DNA of 64,000 bases, taken from positions 96,001-160,000 of the forward strand of contig CAWGIE010000036.1 in NCBI GenBank assembly GCA_963822585.1. The letters run 5' to 3'. Source of the DNA: an uncultured bacterium. GTDB lineage: Bacteria > Auribacterota > Erginobacteria > Erginobacterales > Erginobacteraceae. Under the pieces are notes generated by a model. It was not told the DNA's origin and made no database searches. It saw only the letters and a program-made list of their open reading frames with translations. Shown here piece after piece: positions 30,010 through 40,052 of the stretch. Position 1 is the first letter of the stretch, and each line of letters opens with the position of its first letter. The position numbers and the translations under genes are program-made.

Positions 30010-30732
30010 ATGAAATCGCTCACGATAATTACGGTGTTAACAGTGACCATCTTCTCAGTCGGGATAAGTTTTGGGACGGAAGTTGAATCAAACAAAGAAT
30101 TTACTTGGATAATATTAGACAGCAGCCTGCCTGTTGAAAAGATGGTTAAAGATTATTTGGATTCTTGTACAACGGAGATATCCATCAAGAAGATTCCTGA
30201 TTCCAACATCGTCATAATTGACATTTCCGGGGTTGACGGGGCAAAGGCTCAGGAAATCCATAAAGGACTGATGAAAAATTTGATTATGACCTTCTTCCAC
30301 GAAGGATATGAAGATAAATTTAAACCAGATTTCAATTACAAATATATGGGAAATGGATTGTCTTTTGAATTGATAGAAAACAATAATGGATACACTCTAA
30401 AAATCGTTATCAAATTTTCAGAAGTCAATAAGAATACAATTAATTCTTTTCCCTATATTCTGAAAGCCAAAAATCCCGCAGTTTCTCATTTTATGACTGG
30501 TACCAAGTGGTCAAATTGTCAGGAAGTTAAAAATGGCATCGATGCTATTATGAGTATGATTGAGGCCTGTCAAATCTCTGATAAGCAAATAGCTTTGATT
30601 ATTAAGGGTAGAGATAAAGGATTACTTGAAAAATTTAAATCATATTATTCGGAAATGATACCTGAAATAAGAAATTCCGATGATTTTGAAAAAGTGCCGG
30701 CAATTATTATAGATATGCCCAGGTGTAATTGA
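30010..30732 (+). CDS. Hypothetical exported protein
   Basis: Signal-like MKSLTIITVLTVTIFSVGISFG starting just after the previous stop. Confidence 0.65.
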   Translation: MKSLTIITVLTVTIFSVGISFGTEVESNKEFTWIILDSSLPVEKMVKDYLDSCTTEISIKKIPDSNIVIIDISGVDGAKAQEIHKGLMKNLIMTFFHEGYEDKFKPDFNYKYMGNGLSFELIENNNGYTLKIVIKFSEVNKNTINSFPYILKAKNPAVSHFMTGTKWSNCQEVKNGIDAIMSMIEACQISDKQIALIIKGRDKGLLEKFKSYYSEMIPEIRNSDDFEKVPAIIIDMPRCN

Positions 30733-30933
30733 TTTAAGATATGACCCGTCATATCTTTACGGACGAAACCGGAAAGCACGTCTGAGAGCCGACGAAGTAG
30801 ATGGAAAGGGGCAACACTTTCCAAGAGATGTTTCGAAAAGAAACTCCAGGAGTGTTCCCCATGAAGAGGTTTAATAAGAAGAAAAACAAGATTTGTTCCC
30901 AAACAGTGGGGAGACCACGATATCGACTTCCCT

Positions 30934-31089
30934 TATTATGTAGAAATATACATAACCAAGATAATTAGGGACATTAGGTAATTTTGCTCAACCTATCCTG
31001 CCTAGGAACAAAGGGATACCCAATCTTTTCCAACGAAATATTGTTGCGAAGGCATCAAAAGGGAGATTGGGTATAATAACAAGTTATGC
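30934..31089 (+). promoter_or_regulatory. 152-bp attI-like cassette leader, copy 1 (plus core site)
   Basis: Near-identical to 32983..33138. Ends TATAATAACAA|GTTATGC, whose 7-mer is the complement of GCATAAC in the next attC. Confidence 0.7.
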
Positions 31090-31102
31090 ATCTGGAGAAA
31101 AG

Positions 31103-31516
31103 ATGAAAAATAGTGTTTTGACAGACTCCATGATTTGGATCGGTTCCTTGCTGCTAGGTATGATTTTACAGCCTTATCTATTACCAAGATTGGATGGCCC
31201 ATTCGCTGCATTCACTTCGCCGATAATTTTTAGCGGATTAATTATGGGAATTGTTTGGGTCTTACTAAGGATTGTTATCCATACCGTAACTCCTAAAATG
31301 TGGCCTAAATGGGCATTCATATTGATGACTATATTTATAGTACCGTTGACTCTATATCCAATCTTCTTGAAGAAAGATTTTATCCAAGTTCCACGCAGTG
31401 TTCTGATGTTTCCGTTATTTATTGCAGGCTTGATCTGGGGGATATATTCAGAGGTAAAAATGCATAACAAGCCGCTACAGCAGACCAGGACCCGCTCCGC
31501 GGGCCCTGGCCGCTGA
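31103..31516 (+). CDS. Small membrane protein, gene cassette
   Basis: GGAG SD before ATG 31103; four TM segments; reads into the attC. Confidence 0.7.
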   Translation: MKNSVLTDSMIWIGSLLLGMILQPYLLPRLDGPFAAFTSPIIFSGLIMGIVWVLLRIVIHTVTPKMWPKWAFILMTIFIVPLTLYPIFLKKDFIQVPRSVLMFPLFIAGLIWGIYSEVKMHNKPLQQTRTRSAGPGR

Positions 31517-31530
31517 GCTTATCGTTAAGC
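31462..31530 (+). other. Integron attC site 3
   Basis: GCATAAC-aagcc-GCTACAGCAGACC…GGCCGCTGAGC-ttatc-GTTAAGC. Confidence 0.9.
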
Positions 31531-32643
31531 ATGCAAGAAGCAAATGAGAGAACTAATAAAGTGAAAAGAAACGCATATCTCATCTTGCTAATTACGACAG
31601 TAGTCGGTTTTACCACAGTTTCATGTCGCCCCGCCGCCAAGATAGTCCTTGGTTCTGATGTAATAGCGAAAACCCTGTTCTATAAAAACCAGAAATTATA
31701 TGGTGTGACATCAATTAGTTTTGGGCGATTTAGCTCTGATTCAGAAAATGAAATAGCTATTGTGGGTACAAACGGTGCGCAATTTTTAACATATGCTGGT
31801 GCGGAGCGAGCGTTTATATCATTTGATCGGACAGTAGGAAAAACTGTTCCCATCAAAGTTCATTCGGATGACATATCTGAGTTCATGAACAGGGGAGGTG
31901 GTTGGCAGCAAGTATCATTGCTGGATTCGGAAGGGAATACGAAGTGGAGTTATCCTTCTGATGACAGTGCTGCTGCTGACGATATGTCTGCTGGTGACCT
32001 AAATGGAGATGGAGAACTTGAATTCATAGTAGGCATGAATGCGGGTGGAGGTCTCCGGGTATTAGACTCAAATGGTAATTTGATACACAGGTATGAAGCT
32101 GGAAACGTATTTAGTGTTGAAGTCCTGGACATAAACAATGATGGCGCCCCAGAGATCTTGCACAGTGATTCAGGAGCAGGAATTGTAATACGTCGCGCAA
32201 ATGGCGATAAAATTGGTGTTATTGAAAATACAGACGGTTACTTTTCTCTACTGCAATCATCGATCCTAAATAAGGAGCCGATCATTGTATATATTGATAA
32301 GAAAGACAATCTGAATCTGATTGATATTAAAGGCGCCATTGTTAAGACTTTCAAGCTCCCCGGTTGGGGTTACCGTTCAGCAGAAGGCACAATGGCTTAT
32401 CTCAAGGGATCGAAAGCTCCCCCTTACTTTGCATTTGTTCGTACAATAAAAGCTACCTTAGGGAGATCAGCTCTATTCATTTTTGATTCTGCGGGCCTAC
32501 TCATCTATCATGAAATAATGCCATTTCCCTATCTCGCGATCACTGCCTTTAAAATACAGGGACAAGATTATGAAAAGCTTCTTGTCGGAGGAAACTCAAT
32601 CGTATGGGAATACAGTTTAAATCCTAATATTACTGCCAAATAA
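31531..32643 (+). CDS. FG-GAP/VCBS-repeat lipoprotein-like protein, gene cassette
   Basis: GDLNGDGELEFIVG and LDINNDGAPEIL repeats; cassette bounded by GTTAAGC … GCTTAAC. Confidence 0.75.
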   Translation: MQEANERTNKVKRNAYLILLITTVVGFTTVSCRPAAKIVLGSDVIAKTLFYKNQKLYGVTSISFGRFSSDSENEIAIVGTNGAQFLTYAGAERAFISFDRTVGKTVPIKVHSDDISEFMNRGGGWQQVSLLDSEGNTKWSYPSDDSAAADDMSAGDLNGDGELEFIVGMNAGGGLRVLDSNGNLIHRYEAGNVFSVEVLDINNDGAPEILHSDSGAGIVIRRANGDKIGVIENTDGYFSLLQSSILNKEPIIVYIDKKDNLNLIDIKGAIVKTFKLPGWGYRSAEGTMAYLKGSKAPPYFAFVRTIKATLGRSALFIFDSAGLLIYHEIMPFPYLAITAFKIQGQDYEKLLVGGNSIVWEYSLNPNITAK

Positions 32644-32662
32644 TAGGAAGAATTCAAAAATT

Positions 32663-32792
32663 GCTTAACCCAGACGCTCAAGCTGACCGGAAGGGCTAAT
32701 GCTACTGTCGAATATTTTATCTTCGCCGGCATTTTTCCAGGTAGCAAAGTTTTTTGGTTGGCCCCTTCCGGCCGTTTAGCTCGATGTAAGAG
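32663..32792 (+). other. Integron attC site 4 (long; right core GTA instead of GTT)
   Basis: GCTTAAC..GCTCAAGCTGACCGGAAGGG…CCCTTCCGGCCGTTTAGC..GTAAGAG. Confidence 0.75.
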
Positions 32793-32982
32793 CCCCTTCC
32801 AATCAGTCTGATTGATAAAAAGGGACGGTTCTCCCGGGAATGGGGGGCTTCCCTAGTGGGGGGGATACCAGAGGCCTATGGGGTACTGGGGCTGGACGTA
32901 CCGGTAAAGAAGATCAAACGGAGGAAAAGGGGAAGGAAATGATTTTCTCTTATCGTGGTATGAAGATATACCTAAAATCCCG

Positions 32983-33138
32983 TATTATGTAGAAAAATAC
33001 ATAACCAAGATATTTAGGGACATTAGGTAATTTTGCTCAACCTATCCTGCCTAGGAACAAAGGGATACCCAATCTCTTCCAACGAAATATTGTTGCAAAG
33101 GCATCAAAAGGGAGATTGGGTATAATAACAAGTTGGCC
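32983..33138 (+). promoter_or_regulatory. 152-bp attI-like cassette leader, copy 2 (plus core site)
   Basis: Identity with copy 1 stops right after GTT; GTTGGCC here is complementary to GGCCAAC at 33605. Confidence 0.7.
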
Positions 33139-33145
33139 ATAAAAG

Positions 33146-33676
33146 ATGAAAATCAATGTGACACGGACGATTCATTCAAATTTATCAGTTGAGGATTGCT
33201 TAAAGATCATTCAGGACTCGATCGAACCATGTAAATCATTCCGAATTTGTCGACCTGCCGATTGTGGAGGTGCACCATTTGCTGGCTTGCTTACTGGGAA
33301 TACATTCTGGCTGAGATTTAATTGGAATGTGACAAATAACCCATATTGGCGATTAGTCGGAAAGATCACCCAATTGGGCGAAGGTACGCTGATTCAATTA
33401 AAGATGAGCCCCCCTATCCTGCTATGGTGTATCATTATGGTTACTCTTATAGTTCTCATTCTCTGCAACCTTGGAGATTCAAATCTTCTGCGCGTTTTAA
33501 TCTTCGGGTTAGCAATGTGCATACTATGGATTTTATGGTTGGCAGGAAGAGGACAACAACTTGCTAAGGCTATAGAGGCAATAATCCGTAAGTCAGAAGA
33601 AATTGGCCAACCAGGCGCTCCAGCCGACCCCTTACCGCCTTGCGACTACGGGGCCGTCTCGCTCGGTCGAAAGTAA
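33146..33676 (+). CDS. Hypothetical membrane protein, gene cassette
   Basis: Two C-terminal TM helices; the ORF runs into attC 5. Confidence 0.7.
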   Translation: MKINVTRTIHSNLSVEDCLKIIQDSIEPCKSFRICRPADCGGAPFAGLLTGNTFWLRFNWNVTNNPYWRLVGKITQLGEGTLIQLKMSPPILLWCIIMVTLIVLILCNLGDSNLLRVLIFGLAMCILWILWLAGRGQQLAKAIEAIIRKSEEIGQPGAPADPLPPCDYGAVSLGRK

Positions 33677-33731
33677 TTTTGGTTTTAATATTTTTTGCTA
33701 TAAACCGGGGCGGCTGAGATCGGCGTTGGGC
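33605..33731 (+). other. Integron attC site 5
   Basis: GGCCAAC-caggc-GCTCCAGCCGACCCC…GGGGCGGCTGAG..CGTTGGGC. Confidence 0.85.
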
Positions 33732-33779
33732 GCCTTGACACAAGCGCGCAAGTCTGGCAAGACTATCGGAGGTGCTCTC

Positions 33780-34322
33780 ATGCGTCAGTTAAAGCTGAGC
33801 AAGACTTTTACTCTGATGGAATCAGGGCCTGTGGTCCTCGTGACAACCCATGATGGGAAGAAAGACAACATCATGACTATCTCCTGGACCATGGTGATGG
33901 ATTTCACTCCGGTATTTGCAATCACCACGGGTGAATGGAATCATTCCTTCGCGGCGTTGCGAAAGAATCGGGAGTGCGTCATTGCAATTCCCACCGTCGA
34001 CCTGCTGGACAAGGTGGTTGGCATAGGGACGTGCTCTGGGGCAGACACAGACAAGTTTGCCAAGTTCAAGCTCACGGCGGTGCCGGCCAAGCTCGTCAGA
34101 TCGCCCTTGATCAAGGAGTGCCTCGCCAACATCGAGTGCAAGGTCATCGACATCGTCAAGAAGCACAACATTGTTGTGTTAGAGGCGGTTGCCGCATACA
34201 TCAATTCCGCACGCAAGGAGAAGCGCACGGTTCACGCTGTTGGTGACGGAACATTCATCGTTGACGGGCGCAAGATTGACCGGAAGAAGATGATGGCCTC
34301 CAAGCTCCCATCGGGCGTTTAG
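33780..34322 (+). CDS. Flavin reductase family protein, gene cassette
   Basis: GPVVLVTT..NIMTISW…GTCSGADTDKF…PLIKECLANIEC; GGAGG SD; its own TTGACA at ~33735; bounded by GTTGGGC/GCCCAAC. Confidence 0.88.
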   Translation: MRQLKLSKTFTLMESGPVVLVTTHDGKKDNIMTISWTMVMDFTPVFAITTGEWNHSFAALRKNRECVIAIPTVDLLDKVVGIGTCSGADTDKFAKFKLTAVPAKLVRSPLIKECLANIECKVIDIVKKHNIVVLEAVAAYINSARKEKRTVHAVGDGTFIVDGRKIDRKKMMASKLPSGV

Positions 34323-34378
34323 CGTACAGTGGCCAGCCACGAGGAAGTCCTGGGAGCCAAAATGAAAAGCACGGCAGC

Positions 34379-34441
34379 GCCCAACAATTCATTCAAGCGG
34401 ACAGGCCCTGTCGGGTCTGCCGCTTAACTCAAACGTTCGGA
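34379..34441 (+). other. Integron attC site 6
   Basis: GCCCAAC-aattc-ATTCAAGCGGAC…CTGCCGCTTAACT-caaac-GTTCGGA. Confidence 0.9.
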
Positions 34442-34768
34442 AAGTGATCATCACCGGGACGCATTGTTGCGGCCCGGTTTTTTTTGTCTTCCGCCCTTGA
34501 AGCTTTATTCAGACGGAAATTTTGTTGGCAAAGCGGAGAAACTCAACTCCACAACCAACTGGAAAAGTATCCTCTGGGTGGAGAAGAACCGCGCCCGGGG
34601 GAGAGAGCGCCGGGAGATGATCCACGCCTTCTTCCGTCAAACCCGGTAATTGTCCCCCCGGCAATAGTTCCCCAACCACTTTCTCGCTTTCCCTCCAGAG
34701 GCGGGCAGGCGAGCGAAAGCGAGAAAGTGAGAAAGTGATTCAAGGTCATGGGCCAGAAAAGGCCGTAT

Positions 34769-34880
34769 ATTCCGGGAACACGATACAAAATACCTTCTTT
34801 GATATAAGAACAAGTAGTATTGTGTCCCCGGAACAGAATCCGGAAATATGGAATCTTTGGTATCGTGCCCCCGGAATATC
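34769..34880. repeat. REP-like inverted repeats of the GTGTCCCCGGAA family
   Basis: TTCCGGGAACACGATAC … GTATTGTGTCCCCGGAA … GTATCGTGCCCCCGGAA. Confidence 0.6.
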
Positions 34881-34908
34881 CATCTCTGCCCATTAAAGAA
34901 TGATTAGT

Positions 34909-35580
34909 TCAGGAACTTATGACCTTTTGGGCGAGGCGGTGAAGTTCGGGGTTGGATAAAGCGAGAACTTTCTTTTTTACCGTCCGGGAGAAGTACTCTT
35001 TTTCCGTCTTGGTCATCTTTTCCCCTTTCAGTTTCTTCAGAAATAGCTCTTTCTGTTTCGGGGGGAAGATTTGTGATAGTGCATACTCCAACGATAACTC
35101 CTCAGAATGGTCTCTCAGTTTCTTCGCTTTCGAAGCTCTTACCTCAAAATAGTTTTTAAAAGTATTCACTATCCTTATCGAACTAAGTTGGTAATGCGAT
35201 AGACTGATAGTACTGCTTTTGTGGAGGTTCGCTAGATAGGCATTAACCTTTTTCTTCCGGATTGCCGACAGGTGGTTGTAAAATTTGTTTTCCCAGAATA
35301 AGTTGAGTTTGAAATATTTATATACCGCCAGTGAAATAAGAACACAGCCTAGGAAATTGGCTTTATCTTGTTTGGTTTTCAAGAATTTCTCTGCCCCGGT
35401 ATAATCAAAGCCGCCCATTTCCACGGCATTTGCCAGCAGAACCGGGAAACCTTCCCATAACCGTAAGTCTTTGTTCTTTATCACCTCGCTCAAGGTCTTA
35501 TTTATGTTCAGCTTTTCCTCTGTTTCCAGCAGGGGAAAGCCTAATTGACTTATCTGTTTCATCAGTTCATTTTTATTCAT
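34909..35580 (-). CDS. Hypothetical protein, partner of the nucleotidyltransferase
   Basis: 223-aa ORF overlapping the upstream gene by 8 nt; basic C-terminus (TKTEKEYFSRTVKKK). Confidence 0.7.
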   Translation of the reverse strand: MNKNELMKQISQLGFPLLETEEKLNINKTLSEVIKNKDLRLWEGFPVLLANAVEMGGFDYTGAEKFLKTKQDKANFLGCVLISLAVYKYFKLNLFWENKFYNHLSAIRKKKVNAYLANLHKSSTISLSHYQLSSIRIVNTFKNYFEVRASKAKKLRDHSEELSLEYALSQIFPPKQKELFLKKLKGEKMTKTEKEYFSRTVKKKVLALSNPELHRLAQKVISS

Positions 35581-36157
35581 AGATATTTTCCCTTTGCAAG
35601 GTCTTAAAGAAGTACTCCAGATTTTTATTTACTCTCTCTTCTGAAACATCGTATTTGGAGGTTTTTAAGAATCGTTCTGATAAAACGTTAGGATCGATTT
35701 CCTCTTTTCTTGCTTTTACCAGGGCAAAACAATCTTGAAAGTCCACTGTAGTTCCCCGCATTAATTTACTTATGATCAGGTCATAAAAATTCAATATGCC
35801 GATGTAAATCCGGGAATACTCTTTTAAAAATATATGGTTATCTTCTTTGAGTGAAGATTCCAGTAGTTCGGTTGTGTGAATTGTTTTTCCACGGAAAAGG
35901 TCGATGATATACCAGTCCCCTCGGCTCCAACCGGCCTCTGTTACCTGTTTATAACCCAGGTCTTTAAGAGTCCGGATCAGGTATTTATATTCGGAGTCTG
36001 CCGGGACTATGAAATCAACATCTTTGGTGGAATCCTTTACGCCGAGAAGAGTCAAGGCAGTTCCTCCGCAGGCAATAAGGTGAATCTTCCTCCGTAAAAA
36101 GCCGTTCCAGGCGCCGATCGTTTCTAATAAATCTTTTGTATTCAGCCTGTAGTTCAT
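35573..36157 (-). CDS. DUF6036/AbiEii-like nucleotidyltransferase
   Basis: CGGTAL..KDSTKDVD (GG..T.DxD), DLIISKL.RG..D..D; likely start MNYRL at 36157. Confidence 0.75.
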   Translation of the reverse strand: MNYRLNTKDLLETIGAWNGFLRRKIHLIACGGTALTLLGVKDSTKDVDFIVPADSEYKYLIRTLKDLGYKQVTEAGWSRGDWYIIDLFRGKTIHTTELLESSLKEDNHIFLKEYSRIYIGILNFYDLIISKLMRGTTVDFQDCFALVKARKEEIDPNVLSERFLKTSKYDVSEERVNKNLEYFFKTLQRENIYE

Positions 36158-36354
36158 GGCGTTGTTGCTTATTGTATGTTTAAATACAAATATATGTATA
36201 TAATAATACAATTATTTGTATTAAAAGATACGGGAATTCATAAATCATGTCAAGTGTCAAAAGGACTTTTTATGCGAGTATCTTGCATTTTCCCTTGAGT
36301 TAAATATCGGACTTGATATAGTTACTAAAATTTTTCCGCAGGAAAAATTTTAAA

Positions 36355-36427
<73 letters not shown>

Positions 36428-36429
36428 TT

Positions 36430-36466
36430 AAAAAATCTTCCCCTCTTCTGAGGGGAAGATTTTTTA
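36430..36466. terminator. Intrinsic terminator after the tRNA (bidirectional shape)
   Basis: AAAAAATCTTCCCCTC-ttct-GAGGGGAAGATTTTTT. Confidence 0.85.
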
Positions 36467-36512
36467 TAGAAACATGTGTTGACATACGTCAACTACAGAT
36501 GCTACGCTTCCT

Positions 36513-36758
36513 GTGAGAAATAAACATCCCATAGCAATTATAGAGGATGCCATCGCTTACGCCGAAGCCAGAGGATGGCGGTATCTAAAAGCGGGGCGAT
36601 CTTCTCATGCCTGGGGACGATTATATTGCCCGGAGAGAAGTCGAGAAGGGTGTAAGATCTCCATCTGGTCAACTCCGCGTAAACCTCATGATTTTGCGCA
36701 ACAGATCCGCAGGCAGATAGCGAAATGTCCTCATGAAAAAGGTCGAGGCGATGGGTAA
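36513..36758 (+). CDS. HicA-like small toxin candidate
   Basis: AIAYAEARGW…SSHAWGRLYCP…SIWSTP; overlaps the downstream HTH gene. Confidence 0.6.
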   Translation: MRNKHPIAIIEDAIAYAEARGWRYLKAGRSSHAWGRLYCPERSREGCKISIWSTPRKPHDFAQQIRRQIAKCPHEKGRGDG

Positions 36759-37299
36759 AAAAACGAAAAAATATACGTTCGAGTTAATTCTCTCGGGGAT
36801 CTCAGAGCCGGGGGCGAAGGTTGAGGATGCTTTATATGAATCGGGCTGCGATGACGCCATCCTCTGTTTCCGGAACCGAATCGCTTTTCTGGAATTCACC
36901 CGGGAGGCGGCTTCCGTTGAAGATGCCATCCTCTCAGCCATTAAAGACGTGGAGGGAGCCGGGATCGGCGTTAAAGTAGTGCATGTTGCTCCCGGCGATA
37001 TCGTCACCGCATCTGAAATCGCCCGGAGAGTAAAACTCACAAAGGAATATATCCGATTACTAAACCAGGGAAAAAGAGGTCCGGGTGATTTCCCCCTGCC
37101 CAACTCTGTGATTGTGAATGCATCCCTCTGGAGTTGGGCTGAGATCGCGGAATGGATGTATAACCATACCAAGATCCGGGATAAGGATATCGTAGTTAAC
37201 GCAAAATTTTTAAAGGACATCAACGAGGTCCTGGAGATCAGGGAGGATAAGAGCGGGTATAACAAACGCCAAAGGCTTCTTGATGCCTTGCAGGGCTAA
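36751..37299 (+). CDS. DNA-binding antitoxin-like protein (HicB-like N-terminus + HTH)
   Basis: DALYESGCDDA…FTREAAS..DAILSAI; DIVTASEIARRVKLTKEYIRLL..GDFPLP..LWSWAEI; start 36733 or 36751. Confidence 0.65.
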   Translation: MGKKTKKYTFELILSGISEPGAKVEDALYESGCDDAILCFRNRIAFLEFTREAASVEDAILSAIKDVEGAGIGVKVVHVAPGDIVTASEIARRVKLTKEYIRLLNQGKRGPGDFPLPNSVIVNASLWSWAEIAEWMYNHTKIRDKDIVVNAKFLKDINEVLEIREDKSGYNKRQRLLDALQG

Positions 37300-37337
37300 C
37301 CAGGTATGATGAAAAAATATATTAAAAAGGAGACGAA

Positions 37338-38828
37338 ATGAAATTCAGGAGAGGTTCCGGGGTACTTCTTCATATCACTTCCCTGCCGGGACCGCACGGT
37401 ATCGGCTCCTTGGGCGATGACGCGTATCAGTTCGTCGACTGGCTGGCCGCTGCCGGGCAGAGGTACTGGGAGATCCTCCCCATTAACCCGATCGGTTACG
37501 GGAACTCCCCCTACGCCAGCCCCTCGGCGTTTGCCGGCGCCCCCCTGCTGATCAGCCTGGAGAGGCTGGTGGAGACCGGCTACCTTTCCTCGAAAAACCT
37601 CCCGCCGGAGGAGGACTTCCCGAAGGACCGGGTCGATTTCCCCCGGGCCATCCGGATCAAACAGGAGGCGATCGGGGCGGCCTACCGCCGCTTTCGCCGG
37701 AGAAAAAACAAGCGGCAGCAGAATGACTTCGAGGAGTTCTGCGTCGAACACGCCCCCTGGATTGACAACTATGCTCTGTACCGGTCGCTCAAGGACCATT
37801 TCCATGGGACTCCCTGGTATGAATGGCCCTCCGAACTGGCTTTCCGGGAACCGGCGGCACTGCAAACCTGGGGCAATCGGCTGAAAGAACAGGTCGGGGA
37901 GATAAAATTCGCCGAGCACCTCTTCTTCAAGCAGTGGAAGCGGCTCCGGGGCTACTGCAACGAGATGGGGATCAAGATCATCGGCGACATCCCCTTCCTG
38001 GTCAGCTATGACAGCGCGGACGCCTGGGCCCAGCGCCATCTTTTCCTCCTCGACGACCAGGGGCGCCGACGCGTTCTCTCCGGTGTCCCCATGACCGGAT
38101 ACTCCGGCGTCAGCCAGATCTGGGGGAACCCGCTCTACGACTGGGTGAAAATGTCGGGGGACCGTTTCAACTGGTGGATGCGGCGGTTCCGGACCACCCT
38201 GGAACTGACCGATATGGTCAGGGTGGATCATTTCTCCGGCTTCAACATCGCCTGGCATATCCCGCCGGAGGCGAAGACATCAGCCGAGGGGCAATGGTTC
38301 TACGGGCCCGGGGCGGTTCTCTTCGGCCTGCTGGAAAAGCAGCTGGGGACCCTTCCGATCATCGCCGAGGCGATGGAGCCGGTCCACTTCGAGGAGACGA
38401 AGGCGCTTCTGGAGGTCCTCGATTTCTCCAGCGCCCGGGTACTCCAATACGCTTTCCGGGATAAACCCAGCAATCCCCACCTGCCCGAGCGCTATCCCTT
38501 AAACTGCGCGGCCTATACCGGGACCCACGATACCGATACCACCCGCGGCTGGTTCGCCTCACTCACCAAGAAGGAGAAAAAGGCGGTCCTCTCCTATTTC
38601 GGGACGGATCAGGAGGAGATCAACTGGAAGTTCATCCGGCGCGTCCTCTCCTCCGTCGCCGACCTGGCCGTCATCCCTCTCCAGGACGTGTTCGGGCTCG
38701 GCAGCGAGGCGAGGATGAACGCGCCCGGGAACCGGGGCGGCCAATGGGGGTGGCGTTTTGATCCGGCGCTGCTGACCGGCGAACTGGCGGGGAAACTGGC
38801 CCAGATGACGCGCTACTACGGGCGTTAA
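37338..38828 (+). CDS. malQ: 4-alpha-glucanotransferase (GH77)
   Basis: RGSGVLLHITSLPG, SPYASPSAFAG, IIGDIP, WGNPLYDW, VRVDHF, YTGTHD, EARMNAPG. Confidence 0.95.
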   Translation: MKFRRGSGVLLHITSLPGPHGIGSLGDDAYQFVDWLAAAGQRYWEILPINPIGYGNSPYASPSAFAGAPLLISLERLVETGYLSSKNLPPEEDFPKDRVDFPRAIRIKQEAIGAAYRRFRRRKNKRQQNDFEEFCVEHAPWIDNYALYRSLKDHFHGTPWYEWPSELAFREPAALQTWGNRLKEQVGEIKFAEHLFFKQWKRLRGYCNEMGIKIIGDIPFLVSYDSADAWAQRHLFLLDDQGRRRVLSGVPMTGYSGVSQIWGNPLYDWVKMSGDRFNWWMRRFRTTLELTDMVRVDHFSGFNIAWHIPPEAKTSAEGQWFYGPGAVLFGLLEKQLGTLPIIAEAMEPVHFEETKALLEVLDFSSARVLQYAFRDKPSNPHLPERYPLNCAAYTGTHDTDTTRGWFASLTKKEKKAVLSYFGTDQEEINWKFIRRVLSSVADLAVIPLQDVFGLGSEARMNAPGNRGGQWGWRFDPALLTGELAGKLAQMTRYYGR

Positions 38829-38914
38829 CCCGATTTATTCATAATACGTTGAACCATAACTAATAACCTGGATTATTCATGAAAATTTTCAATTTTCATG
38901 AATAATCCAGGTTA
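38827..38914. repeat. REP-like palindrome family TAACC(C/TG)GATT(T)ATTCAT
   Basis: TAACCCGATTTATTCAT plus the palindrome TAACCTGGATTATTCATGAAAA..TTTTCATGAATAATCCAGGTTA; related copies near 25838, 47128, 47428, 47636, 48630. Confidence 0.75.
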
Positions 38915-38928
38915 ACGGAGCACGCACC

Positions 38929-39936
38929 ATGAAAATACTGGTAACCGGCGGCGCCGGCTATATCGGCAGCCATACCTGCCTGGAACTTCTGCAAGCCGGC
39001 CATGAGGTGACGGTGGTCGATAACCTCTCCAACAGCAAGGAAGAATCGCTGCGGAGGGTGAAAGAGATCACCGGGAAGAAGCTTGATTTTCACCGGGTCG
39101 ATCTGCTTGACCGCGAAGCCCTTGACCAGGTCTTTGCCGGAACGCCCATCAACGCGGTGATTCACTTCGCTGGCTTGAAGGCGGTCGGCGAATCGGTCAA
39201 AATTCCCCTTGATTATTACCATAACAACATCACCGGCACCCTAATCCTTTGTGAGGTCATGGGGAAGCACGGCGTCAAGAACCTGGTCTTCAGTTCATCC
39301 GCCACTGTCTACGGCGACCCGGCAAGCGTGCCGATTACAGAGGACTTTCCGCTCGGGGCGACTAACCCCTACGGCAGGACCAAGCTGATGATAGAGGAGA
39401 TCCTGCGGGACTGGCAGGTATCCGACAACTCTTTGAATATCGCGCTCTTGCGCTATTTCAACCCCGTCGGCGCCCACCCCAGCGGCCGGATCGGGGAGGA
39501 CCCGAACGGGATCCCCAACAACCTCCTCCCCTTCATCAGCCAGGTCGCGGTCGGGAAGTTGCCCCGGCTCCGTGTCTTCGGCGGCGACTATCCCACCCGG
39601 GACGGGACCGGCGTCCGTGACTATATCCACGTCGTCGACCTGGCGATCGGGCACCTCCGGGCGCTGGAGAAACTCAGGGAAAACCCCGGCATCGTCACCT
39701 ACAATCTGGGGACCGGGAGAGGCTACAGCGTTTTGGAGATGGTCGCGGCCTACGAAAAGGCAGCGGGCAGGACTATCCCCTATGAGATCGTGGGTCGCCG
39801 GCCGGGAGATGTCGCCGAATGCTACGCCGATCCGGCCAGAGCCAGGGAAGAGCTGGGATGGACGGCCGGCCGTGAGGTGGAGGAGATGTGCGCCGATACC
39901 TGGCGCTGGCAGTCGGGGAACCCCGAGGGTTACTGA
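38929..39936 (+). CDS. galE: UDP-glucose 4-epimerase
   Basis: [58 protein letters not shown]. Confidence 0.97.
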   Translation: MKILVTGGAGYIGSHTCLELLQAGHEVTVVDNLSNSKEESLRRVKEITGKKLDFHRVDLLDREALDQVFAGTPINAVIHFAGLKAVGESVKIPLDYYHNNITGTLILCEVMGKHGVKNLVFSSSATVYGDPASVPITEDFPLGATNPYGRTKLMIEEILRDWQVSDNSLNIALLRYFNPVGAHPSGRIGEDPNGIPNNLLPFISQVAVGKLPRLRVFGGDYPTRDGTGVRDYIHVVDLAIGHLRALEKLRENPGIVTYNLGTGRGYSVLEMVAAYEKAAGRTIPYEIVGRRPGDVAECYADPARAREELGWTAGREVEEMCADTWRWQSGNPEGY

Positions 39937-39945
39937 CGGGGGAGA

Positions 39946-40052
39946 AGTAATCAGTAATCAGTAATCAGTAATCAGTAATCGGTAATCAGTCCCCCCGGGG
40001 CACGCTTATCCGGCTGGACAACGGCTGATTACTGATTACCGATTACCGATTA
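39946..40052. repeat. Inverted heptamer tandem repeat (GTAATCA)n…(TGATTAC)n
   Basis: About six GTAATC(A/G) units, then reverse-complement units, between convergent genes. Confidence 0.85.

Noticed and set aside
27400..34900. Integron integrase or other tyrosine recombinase next to the cassettes
   Set aside because: No ORF with R-H-R-Y motifs in the track. The short peptide at ~32860-32940 (IPEAYGVLGLDVPVKKIKRRKRGRK) is too small to assign.
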